A stretch of DNA of 64,000 bases, taken from assembly GCA_030704615.1 (NCBI GenBank), contig CM060731.1:19902001-19966000 (forward strand). The letters are read 5' to 3'. Made by a program: the position numbers and the translations under genes. This DNA comes from Takakia lepidozioides. Taxonomy: Eukaryota > Plantae > Bryophyta. Below are positions 1-11,141 of the stretch, piece by piece (position 1 is the first letter of the stretch; each line of letters opens with the position of its first letter). The notes under the pieces are model-generated. The model was not told the DNA's origin. It did not search any database and saw nothing but the letters and a program-made list of their open reading frames with translations.

Positions 1-779
1 GGTGTGGAGTTCTTCCCCAAAACACCCCAACCCTACTTATCACAATCTGAAATGCATCTGCTTCTCTCTGTAGTCCAACAGGCATTCGCCTTTTTGTCTC
101 CATTGTCCCACCATTGGGGTCAGAAAGTGTTCACCCCAAAGCTTCTCCTCACCTCTATTATATGTTTTTGGATACTTCCCTGCTGCCACACTGGCAGTAA
201 CTTGCCAAAGTCACTCCAAACCACCACAGATCTACCCAACGACCTAACTTACAGAATTCAATAGGCATCTTGCGGCCGAGTCTGATGAGAGGGCAACACG
301 GGCTGAAATAGGTTGAAGAAGAAGGTGCCCTACCACATTGTCCTTAACCTGTCCTGACCCATGGAGGATTTGACCGATGACCTCTTGTGTGTGCTTCTTG
401 TGTCTGTAGTCAGGTAATGTCGGATTGGTCTGTGAGATCGAACCACTAGGGCGTAGCTGAGTAGTCAGAGATTGAAACACGCTTGCTAAGACCAAGCTGA
501 CTCTCCCAAGAACGGCGAGCTCGCTTCTCCTCGTCTCGTCTCCTTCTCCTCTTCTCCTTCGTGCATCATTTGCTCAACGCCTCCATCCCACGCCCCTGCA
601 TATCCTGCTATCATCGCATTCCATCCCTCAGCTATGTGGTGTGGCGCAGGAGACAAAAAAACGCCAAGTCCTAGCCCTCCTTTCTGTTCACGATTACACT
701 AATGGGCAACCTTATTAGCAATTTTTTAACTTTTTAAAACCTAATGGGCAACCTTATTTGCATTATATGTGCCTTCAAA

Positions 780-1095
780 ATGACACGTGTAGTGATGTAG
801 TTGTATAAATAGAGCTCTGAAACCATCTTCAGTCATGGAGTCATAAGATTCCATGAAACGTCGTCCACGTGTAGTCAAACATATCACACTAGTCATATAA
901 ACCATCCCTGTCATCATGGTCAACAATGTTTGACCAATGCTCCCTAACTTTCCGGAGTCATGTAGTGATATCCATTACTACAAAGTCATAAAACTAAAAT
1001 TGTAATGCATTTCAGCGCTCTGTAGTCATCTACCTAGTGCAGTTTTTATGACTCCGCCAAAGCCGTAGTCCTAAAAACGCTCATCTCTTGTAGTG
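780..1095. mobile_element. Terminus of a CACTA (En/Spm) DNA transposon inserted into the PPR pseudogene
   Basis: tcttgtagtg at 1086-1095 is the reverse complement of CACTACAAGA. It is preceded by repeated (gt)agtcat subterminal motifs. The PPR sequence resumes abruptly at 'act atggctgaacg', where the other PPR units read 'aacactatggctgaa'. The other end was not identified. Confidence 0.65.
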
Positions 1096-2500
1096 ACTAT
1101 GGCTGAACGAGATGTGGTGTCGTGGAGTGCGATGCTTGCGGGGTATGCACAGCAGGGGTGCGGGATGGAGGCTCCAACCTATGAGCAAATGATGGGGGAA
1201 GGGGTGAAGCCCGCCGACATAAGATTTGTGTGTGTTTGCAGTGTGTCTGGTAGCCGTGGAAAAGGGCAAAGAGATCCCTGGTGACATGATTAAATCTGCA
1301 ATTGTTCCAGATGTCATCCTGAACACTGCTCTGGTGGCCATGTATGCCAAATATAGTAGCATTGAGGATGCCAAGGGAGTGTTCAAAACTATGGCTGAAT
1401 GAGATGTGGTGTTGTGGACTGTGATGCTTGCAGGGTGTGCAGAGCAGGGGCGCTGGATGAGGCTTTGGAGACCTGAAAGCAAATGATGGGGGAAGGGGTG
1501 AAGTTCATCCACATCATGTTTGTGTGCGTTTGCAGTGCGTGTGCAAGCCTGGCAGCCCTAGAAAAGGGCATCGGAGGTGCATGGTTGCATCACCAAAGCT
1601 GGAAATGTACCAGATGGATTAATAGCTACAAGAAACCTGCATGGGTAGATGGTCAATTAGAAGCCGCAGCAGCAGCGGCACAATGATAAACTCAGGCACT
1701 GGTAATGAAGGCACCTTCTTCAACACATTTCACCCTGTTTTTCCTTCTTGTCAGAATCGGCCCTAAATTTTCATGTTGAATTCTGCAAGTTAGCTGGTTG
1801 AGTGAGCCTTTGATAGTTTGGAGCGACTTTGACATGGTACTGCCAATGTGACAACAGGGAAGTATCCTGGAATAGGTAAGACAAAGAGAAGTTGTGGAAT
1901 GAATACTTTTCTGACCCCAGTCAATGGTGGGACAACCGAGGCAAAAAGGTGAATGCCTGTCAGATTACCAGATGTCATTCTGAACACTGTCTCTGCCCTG
2001 GTGGACATGTAGGCCAAATGTGGGTGCATCGAGAATGCCAAGAGAGTGTTCAACACTATGGCTGAATGAGATGTGATGTCGTGGAGTGCGATGCTTGCAA
2101 GGTATGCACAGCAGGGGTGCGGGATGGAGGCTTTGGAGACCTATGAGCAAATGATGGGGGAAGGGGTGAAGCCCGCCGACATAACGTTTGTGTGCGGTTT
2201 GCAGTGCGTCTGGCAGACCTGGAAAAGGGCAAAGAGATCAATGGTGACATCATCAAATCTGCAATTGTACCAGATGTCATCCTAAACACTGCTCTGGTGG
2301 ACATGTATGCCAAATGTGGGAGCATTGAGGATGCCAAGGGAGTTTTCAACACTATGGCTGAACGAGATGTGGTGTCGTGGAGTGCGATGCTTGTAGGGTG
2401 TGCACAGCAGGGGCATGGGATGGAGGCTTTGGAGACCTATGAGCAAATGATGGGGCAAGGGGTGATGCCCAACCGCATCACGTTTGTGTGCAAGTTCCAG
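1096..2500 (+). pseudogene. Tandemly duplicated, degraded PLS-class pentatricopeptide-repeat (PPR) gene fragments
   Basis: Repeated motifs DVILNTALVDMYAKCGSIEDAKGVFNTMAERDVVSWSAML.GYAQQG.G.EAL.TYEQM..EGVKP..ITFV, with stops and frameshifts. A non-PPR block is duplicated at about 1635-1712 and 2540-2617. Confidence 0.85.
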
Positions 2501-2617
2501 ATTACCTATGATTCCCTGTGGATCAATATCTACTACCAACCTGCATGGGTAGATGGTCAACTAGAAGCTGCAGCAGCAGCGGCACAATTGATAAAATCAG
2601 GCACTGTTAATGAAGGC

Positions 2618-3000
2618 TGTCAAGTTAAATAAGCACAGTGTGAAAACAACTAGAATAAAGCTAGTTATTTGTATTTAACACTTGGATTTAGGTCAAGTGT
2701 TAAGTTAGGTGTCAAGTTTAGTTTGACACCTGAACCGCCTTATCTTCACGAGAGCGGCAGTCGCGCAGCTCATCTCTCTCGAGTTGAGCCTGCGCGACCG
2801 AGCTCCTGCATCGTTTAGGACTGAGTGTGCTTATGATGGGAGTATAGGTTGTTGTGGGGTGGAGTCCCCATAGCTTGGGGTGCCCCTGGCTCGACTTCTG
2901 TTTTAACAAGTGATAGCGATGGATTTCATGTTGTTTCTGGTGTGAACAATGTGTCTCTTAGCTTGTTCTATCACTCGAGAGAGATGAGCTCTTACCTGTG
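2618..3000 (+). mobile_element. LTR-like repeat starting TGTCAAG, inserted into the PPR tandem unit (3' end not resolved)
   Basis: Homology with the first PPR unit (…taatgaaggc|accttc) breaks exactly at …taatgaaggc|tgtcaag. 2618-2990 is homologous to the reverse complement of 17700-17976 (shared cacttgga, gctcatctctc, ggggtgc..tggctcgact, tcactcgagagagatga). Confidence 0.55.
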
Positions 3001-4457
3001 AGTGCAAGGTAGGAGTTGAGGGTTAGCACTTGTATGATTACCTGTGTGAGAGTAGTGCTTAGTTTAAGAAGCTTAAAAATATAAAAAAATATAATATATA
3101 TGCAGGTTTCGATCAGCGTTGGTTCTGGCATGAGGCCGCCGGGCAGGACGGAGCTACACTGCATGGAAGCAGCCTTCGTTTTGGTCAGTGAGGAGACATC
3201 ATATAGTAGCAGCGATTGGCCGTTGGGAAACTGACCAAGTGCGAGACTTAAAGGGGTACCTGTGATCGAGCAGATGGGTAGAACTTCTGTGCCTGGAGAT
3301 GGCCGATCTGCTCGCCTTAGTTCGATGTGCACAGACCAGAAGCGGTCAGGAAAGGCAGCGGAAGAGCAGGTGGAGCTGGTGTAGTGGAGCCAGTTGAAGG
3401 AGGAGCTGTAAATCTGCCCCCTCCAGTAAATGCAGCGCCAACATGTAGAGCACGGCGCAGCGAGCTGGTTGAAGGTGAAGGCCCCGAGAGAGAAAGCCTA
3501 GCAGCAAAGTGATGGAGAACGGGGAGCCCATTGCTGGCATATCATCAACACTGCAAAACCAGGAGTCTCACAAAGCTTCATGCTACTTGTGATTGTGGCT
3601 GGGAAAGCTGCTTTCACCTGGTCGATTATATGCATAAGCAACCAGCTTCCTGACAAAAAGGGTTGTTGGGGGCATTGTTGATTTCGGGGAGTGCAAGGTG
3701 CAAAGTCGTTTTTAAGTGCTTCAGGTTTGTACAAAGCCAAGTAGCTGTTGCTACCTTGCACCTTGGTTCCACCATTTTGAGGTGGAAACTGGTGGAAAGT
3801 CGAATGGTGGTTCACAACCCAGCTTTCAACTCAGCACACTGCCCGAGTCCAAGTTTGTCACCATATATCTGACACTGCTCCTCCGTCCCGCCAATGGTTC
3901 TGATTGTTGAAAGATAAGTTCTTCCTTTAAGACCAAGTCCTCTCAAGTCCTCCTGACTTGGTGCAGGATTGTGGCGATACAGGTCAAGGGAGCTCCAGCT
4001 CTACTTGTCTCATCATTGAACACTTCCAACTGATCACTTGCCTCTACTGTCATTTCGGCGTCAAGGGTACTTACTTCTGCACAGGTGCTGGTCCTGGGAG
4101 TCTTAGTGCGAGATACCACATTCATTTAATTGGTGCAGGAATATGAGCTCTATCAGCTTCTGAACTCCAGACTTTCCTGATTATCCCTTTGTCTGGTGTA
4201 TGGGATGAACCCGTCTGAAAACACCAACGATGAGCAAGGTGACCCGAACTGGGCAACAGAGAACTGGGACAACCCAGGTGCAGTTGGTGGCCTTGACCAG
4301 ACCTCAAGGCCGTACTCATCCAACCGGTTAGAGTGGAAGATGGGAGGTGTGATGGTATTCATAGTATTCATGCAGCTGCCTTGGTGGGGACAGTGAATGC
4401 GAGACTGGCAGCTCAACTGGGCATTGGGATCGTAATTCAGTAGCAGGCTGATTGGAG

Positions 4458-4694
4458 TTAAAGAGGTTTGGTCATGCCAGTGTCCGAGCAGCCACTGAAT
4501 CTTGGGTCAGATTTTTTTGAAGGTATGTTGCATTGCAGTAGGCAGTGTTCCAGGGATTCTGAAACCCCAAGCGAGCAGCATGTGCAAAGCAGTGCACGGG
4601 TGAATTGAAGCCAACGCCCTACCTTTAGAATTCTATTTGCGATCTGCCAGAGAAAGACAGCCAGCTTTGCAGGATGTTTGATTGAGGGCAACAC
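4458..4694 (-). mobile_element. LINE (L1-type) ORF2 C-terminal zf-RVT fragment
   Basis: PAKLAVFLWQIANRILKVG…CTCC…ESLEHCLLQC matches the zf-RVT pattern of plant non-LTR elements. Confidence 0.65.
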
Positions 4695-5405
4695 TGCATA
4701 GCGAGGCCAGTGATTTGAATGCCGCTGAAATCTGTCACGGAAATGACCTGATTAGGTTTGGCTGAGCATGTAACCAAGTGTCAGGCAATGGAGGCAACGG
4801 CCCTTGCTGGAGGATGCATATCCAAGATGCAGGGATGGTCTGGATGATGCTGGCATAAACTGCATTTCCTCTGGCTGCTCCTACAATCTGGTTTATGTGC
4901 CCCTGGCACTATAGTGCTGAGCCCGATTAGATATTTCCGATCTGGTGCTTTCCGGGGTTGCATTGTAAGTGTTCCTGCTTTTGTTGGGAATATTGGTGCA
5001 AAGGATTAAGGCTCAGCATAGCTACGGATCTCGACTGGAGGAGAGCCAGTCACTGGGAACGAGGGAACAAGAAACCAGGGAACGGGGAACCAAGACAAGT
5101 ATTGAAAATAGAGTTTTCCTTGTATTTGTTTTGTCTTATATAAAAAAAGAAAAAGAAAAAAAAGGTGTTATGTTTAAAAAGCCTGGTTGGTCATATCTTT
5201 GTCAAATGAGCTCCGTTTGACTCAGTTCTTGAGGGGATAGCTGCAGAAAGGGGATATCTACCTATAGCCTGGTTTTTGGTTTTGGGACTCTGCTAAAAAT
5301 CTATGGAATTTTTAGAGTGTGAGTGTGCCATGAAAGATCCACAATTCTGTTTCTAGAACCTGTTCTGGTCTATATGAGAGACAAATCTGTGGATGTTCTT
5401 CTTGT

Positions 5406-6155
5406 ATGGCTGGGGGAAATGAGGACGTAATTGAAGGGCAAGTCTCGTCTCTTAGCCTGTGCACACAAGGGGACATGATTTATGTTTCCCAAGGAACTCA
5501 GACTGATTTGAGTGGAGAACAGTTGGATGAGTTGATTGCATACTGGGAGTCAGGCATTAGCAGTAGACAACAAACTGCTGTAGTTGGCGTTGATGGCCTC
5601 AATGTTGCTTTGGATAGTCAGAACTCTGTTGGAGCCAGCAGTTCTGAAGCTGTAGGTGAAATACCAAAGTGGGTGAAAGCTAGGCTTGGAACACAACCAA
5701 AGACAGCCCCAGGGACCAAGATGTCCAGCCACAAGGCCGTGGTGTACTGGAGCAGAGGAGCAGGAGCTGCACAAGTTTGTGCAATCAGACATGGTTGCAG
5801 CCGGATACGCTCTGCACAAGGCAACCACGAGCGGGGGTTCATTAGCAATGACAAGTTTGTTTTGCTTGAAGGAGATGCAGTCATTCGCAATGAGGACACC
5901 CGCAACCGTCTCAAAGCTTTCGAGTTGAGAGACTATCAAACCCTACCTTTGTTTTCTTTCGTGTTCAGTGAGCGGGAGATAGGGGAGTATTGCTTTGTCT
6001 CTACCTGGCAGAAAGAGGAGGAGGGTTGGTTAGAGCGAGCTACTGTAGCTTGGGACAAGGTTAGTGGCAGGTTTCTGGACATAGATATACCTCCTACACC
6101 TTACCATCATGCAGAGCGAGGCACTTTGAGAGAAGTCTGGCAGTTGATAGCATAG
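5406..6155 (+). CDS. 249-aa accessory ORF upstream of gag, function unknown
   Basis: Uninterrupted ORF. The homologue at 14881-15547 (-) keeps the same start context (tgtATGGCTG) and similar residues despite many synonymous-type changes. Confidence 0.7.
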   Translation: MAGGNEDVIEGQVSSLSLCTQGDMIYVSQGTQTDLSGEQLDELIAYWESGISSRQQTAVVGVDGLNVALDSQNSVGASSSEAVGEIPKWVKARLGTQPKTAPGTKMSSHKAVVYWSRGAGAAQVCAIRHGCSRIRSAQGNHERGFISNDKFVLLEGDAVIRNEDTRNRLKAFELRDYQTLPLFSFVFSEREIGEYCFVSTWQKEEEGWLERATVAWDKVSGRFLDIDIPPTPYHHAERGTLREVWQLIA

Positions 6156-6676
6156 ATCAGGATTAGATCTTGCTTGGGCGGGCTTCTATTCTTCCCCTCC
6201 ATCTCTGTACTATTTTCATTACCTTGTACTCGTAGTTGCCAAAGCCTCTCTTGGTGGAGGCCAGTCAGTCCGGGGTTTTGGGCTGGGCTATTCTGCAGGA
6301 TGAGCATTGCAGCTGGATTTTGGTGTGGGGGTGTTGATGTTTTGATTTCTTGTGTTTGGATCCTCCCCAACACCTGCATGCTTGACTGTGCGCCATGTTG
6401 GTTTTGTGTGGGCGCTTGCTTTCATAGGGATTAGGCCGGATTTGATCACCGATCAATCCTAGAGTATGCTGTCGGTGATGAGGCTGGAGTGATGACCAGC
6501 AAGACCACCAGTGTTTCTTCTATGGTGAGGCTGGGTTGATGACCAGCCAACCATAGGAGTTCTTGCGGTGGATGCAGGTGCAGGTGCCCTGAGCCACTGG
6601 GATATGATCCTTAAACTGCAACAGGTGCCTACCCTGTGTCACTATTAGTATTAGTAATAGAGCCTTATAGTGTCAC

Positions 6677-9229
6677 GTGGGGGAGGTGCACATTGTGAGT
6701 GTCATCACGGAGTTACCCAGGGGTTCTGAGGGGAGTACGGCTACAGGCAGTAGCAGTGAGAGTGGGTTCACCAGACGAGGTGTTCGTTTCAGACCACCTT
6801 CACCTCCACCCTCAACTAGTGGAGAGTCAGACACAGACTCGGAGGCTTCATCAACAGGTGTGCAGTTTCATTCGCCATTGTTGTGGGACGACATGGAGGA
6901 GATGTATGGAGCTACCAAGGGGCCTCGTAGGTACTCTGGAGCTGTGGGCACAATCGAGTTGGATGACTTTATCCAGGAGTTCGACAGCTGGTGTGATTTG
7001 TAGCAGATGCGCAATCCACAGCTATTCACCCCATTCATGGCGTGGAAGGGACTGTTCCAGCATTTGGAAGGCCCGCCTATGGACGATTACCATGAGTTCA
7101 GGCGAGGACATGAAGCAGAGATTGAGAAGTGGAGGATGTATTGGTCACCTGACTACGTCTCCATTACTTGAGGCACGACGCGACCAGTAGCTGCATCAGT
7201 ACCAATATCTCCCACTGCAAGCACTAGTAGTGGAACAAGTAGTGCCGGTACTTCTGCAGGTGGTACCAGTTCAAAAGGTGCTACTACTCCTCCTGCCACA
7301 ACTGCAACACATGTGCCTAGATTCAACCCGGTGGTGGAGTTCTTCCAGGAGTTGCGGAGGAACTACCAAGGTGTATGGACAGAGAAGCTGCGAAGTTTGC
7401 AAGACTTCCAGCGCAAGTCCAGTGAGAGCTTGCGAGAGGCCTACACTCGTATGAGGCGCTTCATAAGTGTGACCCGAGGGGTTACTGAAGCTCAGGCAAT
7501 CCAGTTCTGGTATGGAATTTTGGACAAGGAGCTCAGGAGAAGGGTGCGGGATGCAACCCTGTTACAAGCAGCCCAACCCACATTAACAGATGTGTTTCTG
7601 CTGGCTGAGCGGATTGAGCTCAACATGGTGGAGGAGCGAGTTGTTACCATTGGGTTTGGCAAGGACATGTCTGCACGAGGCGCAGCTGCCAGCCCACAGG
7701 CACAAGGGACTACCCAACAGCGTGGTCAGGGGGGCAAGGTTTCCCAACCCAAGTTCCATGGAGCTTACAGGGGACCTCAGGTGCAGAGGCCCGTGGCATC
7801 TTTTGCAGGCCAACAGCAACCAGGGGTGATATGTTGGACATGTGGAGGACCCCATGTCAAGAGAGATTGCCTAGAGAGTGGCAAAAGGCCGGCACAAACA
7901 CAGCCTGCACAGTTGCAGTGTGGGCATTGTGGCAAGTATGGGCATGGAGATGCCCAGTGTTATGACTTGCATCCTGAGTTGCGCCCAGGCCAGTTCCAAG
8001 GGAACAATGGTGGCCGGGGGCGAGGTGGACCAGCCCAGAGAGGACGAGGTGGTCGGGCACGAGGTGCAGGCCAAGGGCAAGCTCAACATGGCCAAGGACG
8101 CGGAGGTCAGGGTGTTGACCAAGGCATGGCCAACCGGCTTCAGCAGCTAGAGCAGAAGCTCGCTGCCATGGCTACAGCTCAGGCAGTACCGGCTCCCAGG
8201 CGGGATGGTCCACCTCCTGCTCCTGAGGGAGAAGATATGGGAGGCATGGGATTCATGTGCGGAGCAGCACTACCACTAGAGCAGGTGGAGTCTGCTGCAG
8301 CCGTGACTTGAGCAGCAGCACGAGTTCCTGAGCCACGAGGTGCAGAGGTGGAGTTGGATCCACAACGTGGGGAGGCAAGCCGTCAGGCGAGGCTGCCTCA
8401 GTCATTCACCTTGGCGGAGACAGTGTCAACGCCATCCATGGCACCTAGTTCTCGCCCGACTGTTACCGAGGCGGAGGTTTCTATGCCATTGGGGAGAGCT
8501 ACACGTGCATCACTGACACCTGCTGCCAAGGCTAGTGCAGCCGGTGTGTTGTTGGGGGCAGCCACCTTTGTGTGTCAAGCCCCACTATTCTTGGCAACCA
8601 TGATTGCGACGCGGGGGTAAGACCAGCTGCAGTGTTCAGACTAGCAGCAACACTCTGTGAGAGTGGGGAGGTCACTTCATCTTTTGCGGAGTTACTGGAA
8701 GGTGTAGTGGCAGAGGGATCCTCGGATTTGAGGGTCAAGACTGCCACGGCTGCGCCATGGCAAGCTGCAGCTGCCAGGTTGACAGAGCTACCAGCTAGGC
8801 TAGCCTTTGAGCGCGTCATGGTGACACCTGGAGTTGTCTTGTTAGACAACCAGGATGGCATTTTCTCTTTGAGTGGACCGGCAGGCAAGAAGTACCGGCC
8901 ACTGCGGGTCTTGTTGGACTCGGGAGCTCAACCATTGATGTTGGGCAGAGCTGCTATTGCAGGTTTGGGCCTCATGGAGGCGGATATGGAGCCTTGTCCT
9001 TTCCAGATATAGACATCTCTGGGAGGATCAGAGCAGGCTCGGGGCATGACACGACATCAGTTGGCCATTAGACTGCAGCCGGATCATCCTATCGATGGCT
9101 CAGTAATGCGAGCCAAGGCCATTGTGACAGTCGCGGTCTCTTACGATGTCCTCGTTGGTGGGGCAGTGTTATACCCCATGGGCTTCACCCTGGACTTTTG
9201 GGAGGAGTCAGCATTCTACAGGCCTGGAT
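6677..9229 (+). pseudogene. gag (capsid-like region and two CCHC knuckles) plus aspartic protease of copy 1
   Basis: LRSLQDFQRKSSESLREAYTRM (Gag homology region); CWTCGGPHVKRDC and CGHCGKYGHGDAQC; protease VLLDSGAQP and YDVLVG. ORFs at 6677, 7313 and 8348 share one frame, interrupted by point stops, with a 1-bp deletion near 8610. Confidence 0.88.
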
Positions 9230-9406
9230 CCATTGTGGGGTACGAGCAAGGATTTGCAGCAGGTTGCTGATCGACGGGTGCAACAAGCCTGGGTAGAGGC
9301 TTTTGTACCGTCAGGAGAGGAGGAGAGTGCGGGTATTGCACCAGGACCACCTCAGTTGTCACCATTGGATACCACACCTATTGTGTGGCAGTATCCGGAT
9401 GAAGGC

Positions 9407-10335
9407 ATTTGCCTTCTGGACTTGTTTGGCGGGATCAGCACCGGATTGGCTGCTATGCTACAGGCAGGTGTGCGGGTAAGGCGTTACCTGTATGTGGAGA
9501 GGGATGAGACTGCACGACGTGTCTCACTACGCCATGTTGCTCAGTTGGTACAGTAGTACCCTGCTTTGTTGCCAGTGACCAACAAGCCTTGCCAGCAGAC
9601 ATTTCGTTGCTGGGGGCGCCGGATTTGGAGCAGGTTGGCTCCATTGATCTGGTAGTGGCAGGTTGGCCCTGCCAAGGGCATTTATCAGCCGGGCATGGCA
9701 ATGGATTGCAAAACTCGAGGACGGGTCTGTTTTGGGAGATGGTGCGGATTTTGCGCCACTTGCAACTTCATCAAGCTGTATCGCCAACATACATCTTGGA
9801 GAATGTGCCACTGATGGGCAATTCTCGGGCCAGGGTGATGGCCAGTGTGCATCAAGTCCGTCGTGGCTTGGGTCAGCAGTGATGCTGGATGCAGCTGCAG
9901 TGGGATCACGGGCTCATCGTCCACGGCTATGGTGGACTAACTTGATGCCACCTGCACTGCTCAAGCGTGCATTTGATTGGGTGCAGCGGCCAACACACCT
10001 CATAGTGGACAACATTTTGGACACAGGGAAGCAGTCTCAACGTGTGAGACACGATGACCGTTCGCCTTTGGCAGTGGTCAACAGGGTGGGTCAACCACGA
10101 GCAGCATTACCTACACTGCTCAGCTTCCCAGGATCCCATGCTTTTCGGGATGGTGGACCTGGCCTCCTGTGGGATGCTCAGTTGCAACAGTTAGTGGAGC
10201 CTAATGCCAACGAGCGAGAGCGGGCAATGGGGTTTTCCACTGGGACCACGGTGGTGCCTTCTCTTTCTGAGGCATCACGTCGTCAGGTGTTGGGGCAAGC
10301 AATGGATCTCAATTGCTTGACCTGGATTATCAGCT
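9407..10335 (+). pseudogene. DNMT3-like C5 DNA cytosine methyltransferase domain inside the retrotransposon polyprotein
   Basis: Motif I LLDLFGGISTG, II YLYVERD, IV DLVVAGWPCQ (catalytic PC at 9667-9672), VI YILENVP, VIII AHRPRLWWTN, IX ERERAMGFSTGTT, X RRQVLGQAMD. Canonical motif order; one stop and two frameshifts. Confidence 0.92.
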
Positions 10336-10641
10336 TGGCTATGGCTGAACAACGTAGAGTGCGGAGTGCACTTCCCTTGACGGTCTCTCTGCCTACCGAG
10401 ACGGTACAGGCAGCGAGTGGGGGCGAGCCGGTGAGGACCACGGGGTGTAGACATCCATGGCACACGTGGGAGGTGCTCGAGGTTCAGAGGGAGTTGGCAG
10501 CCAAGGCAGCTGTGATGGATGAGGTTGGGGATTCTTCTCGGGATGAGGAGGTTCTAAATGATGAGATGATGGGGCAGGCTGAGGCCTTGTCATTGACTGA
10601 GCAGGAAGGGAGTACTGCTCAAGAGGTTGCAGCATAGCAAC

Positions 10642-11141
10642 NNNNNNNNNNNNNNNNNNNNNNNNNNNNNNNNNNNNNNNNNNNNNNNNNNNNNNNNNNN
10701 NNNNNNNNNNNNNNNNNNNNNNNNNNNNNNNNNNNNNNNNNNNNNNNNNNNNNNNNNNNNNNNNNNNNNNNNNNNNNNNNNNNNNNNNNNNNNNNNNNNN
10801 NNNNNNNNNNNNNNNNNNNNNNNNNNNNNNNNNNNNNNNNNNNNNNNNNNNNNNNNNNNNNNNNNNNNNNNNNNNNNNNNNNNNNNNNNNNNNNNNNNNN
10901 NNNNNNNNNNNNNNNNNNNNNNNNNNNNNNNNNNNNNNNNNNNNNNNNNNNNNNNNNNNNNNNNNNNNNNNNNNNNNNNNNNNNNNNNNNNNNNNNNNNN
11001 NNNNNNNNNNNNNNNNNNNNNNNNNNNNNNNNNNNNNNNNNNNNNNNNNNNNNNNNNNNNNNNNNNNNNNNNNNNNNNNNNNNNNNNNNNNNNNNNNNNN
11101 NNNNNNNNNNNNNNNNNNNNNNNNNNNNNNNNNNNNNNNNN
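10642..11141. other. Scaffold gap (500 N)
   Basis: Run of exactly 500 N; the round length suggests a gap of unknown size. Confidence 0.99.

Larger units (their letters stand above)
5050..10641 (+). mobile_element. DNMT-carrying LTR-type (Ty3/Gypsy-like) retrotransposon, copy 1, degraded and cut by the assembly gap
   Basis: Extra ORF, then Gag, two zinc knuckles, aspartic protease and C5-methyltransferase in colinear order. Homologous throughout the shared region to the inverted copy at 11142-15917. Confidence 0.85.

Noticed and set aside
6560-6680. Primer-binding site or LTR end before gag (…gcaaca ggtgcc…)
   Set aside because: Conserved in both copies, but there is no recognisable TGG-initiated tRNA complement, so it cannot be supported.
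9407-10335. Host DRM/DNMT3 gene or bacterial methyltransferase contamination
   Set aside because: Motif order is not DRM-permuted, there are no introns or regulatory domains, and it is colinear with gag-protease in two diverged copies within plant DNA.
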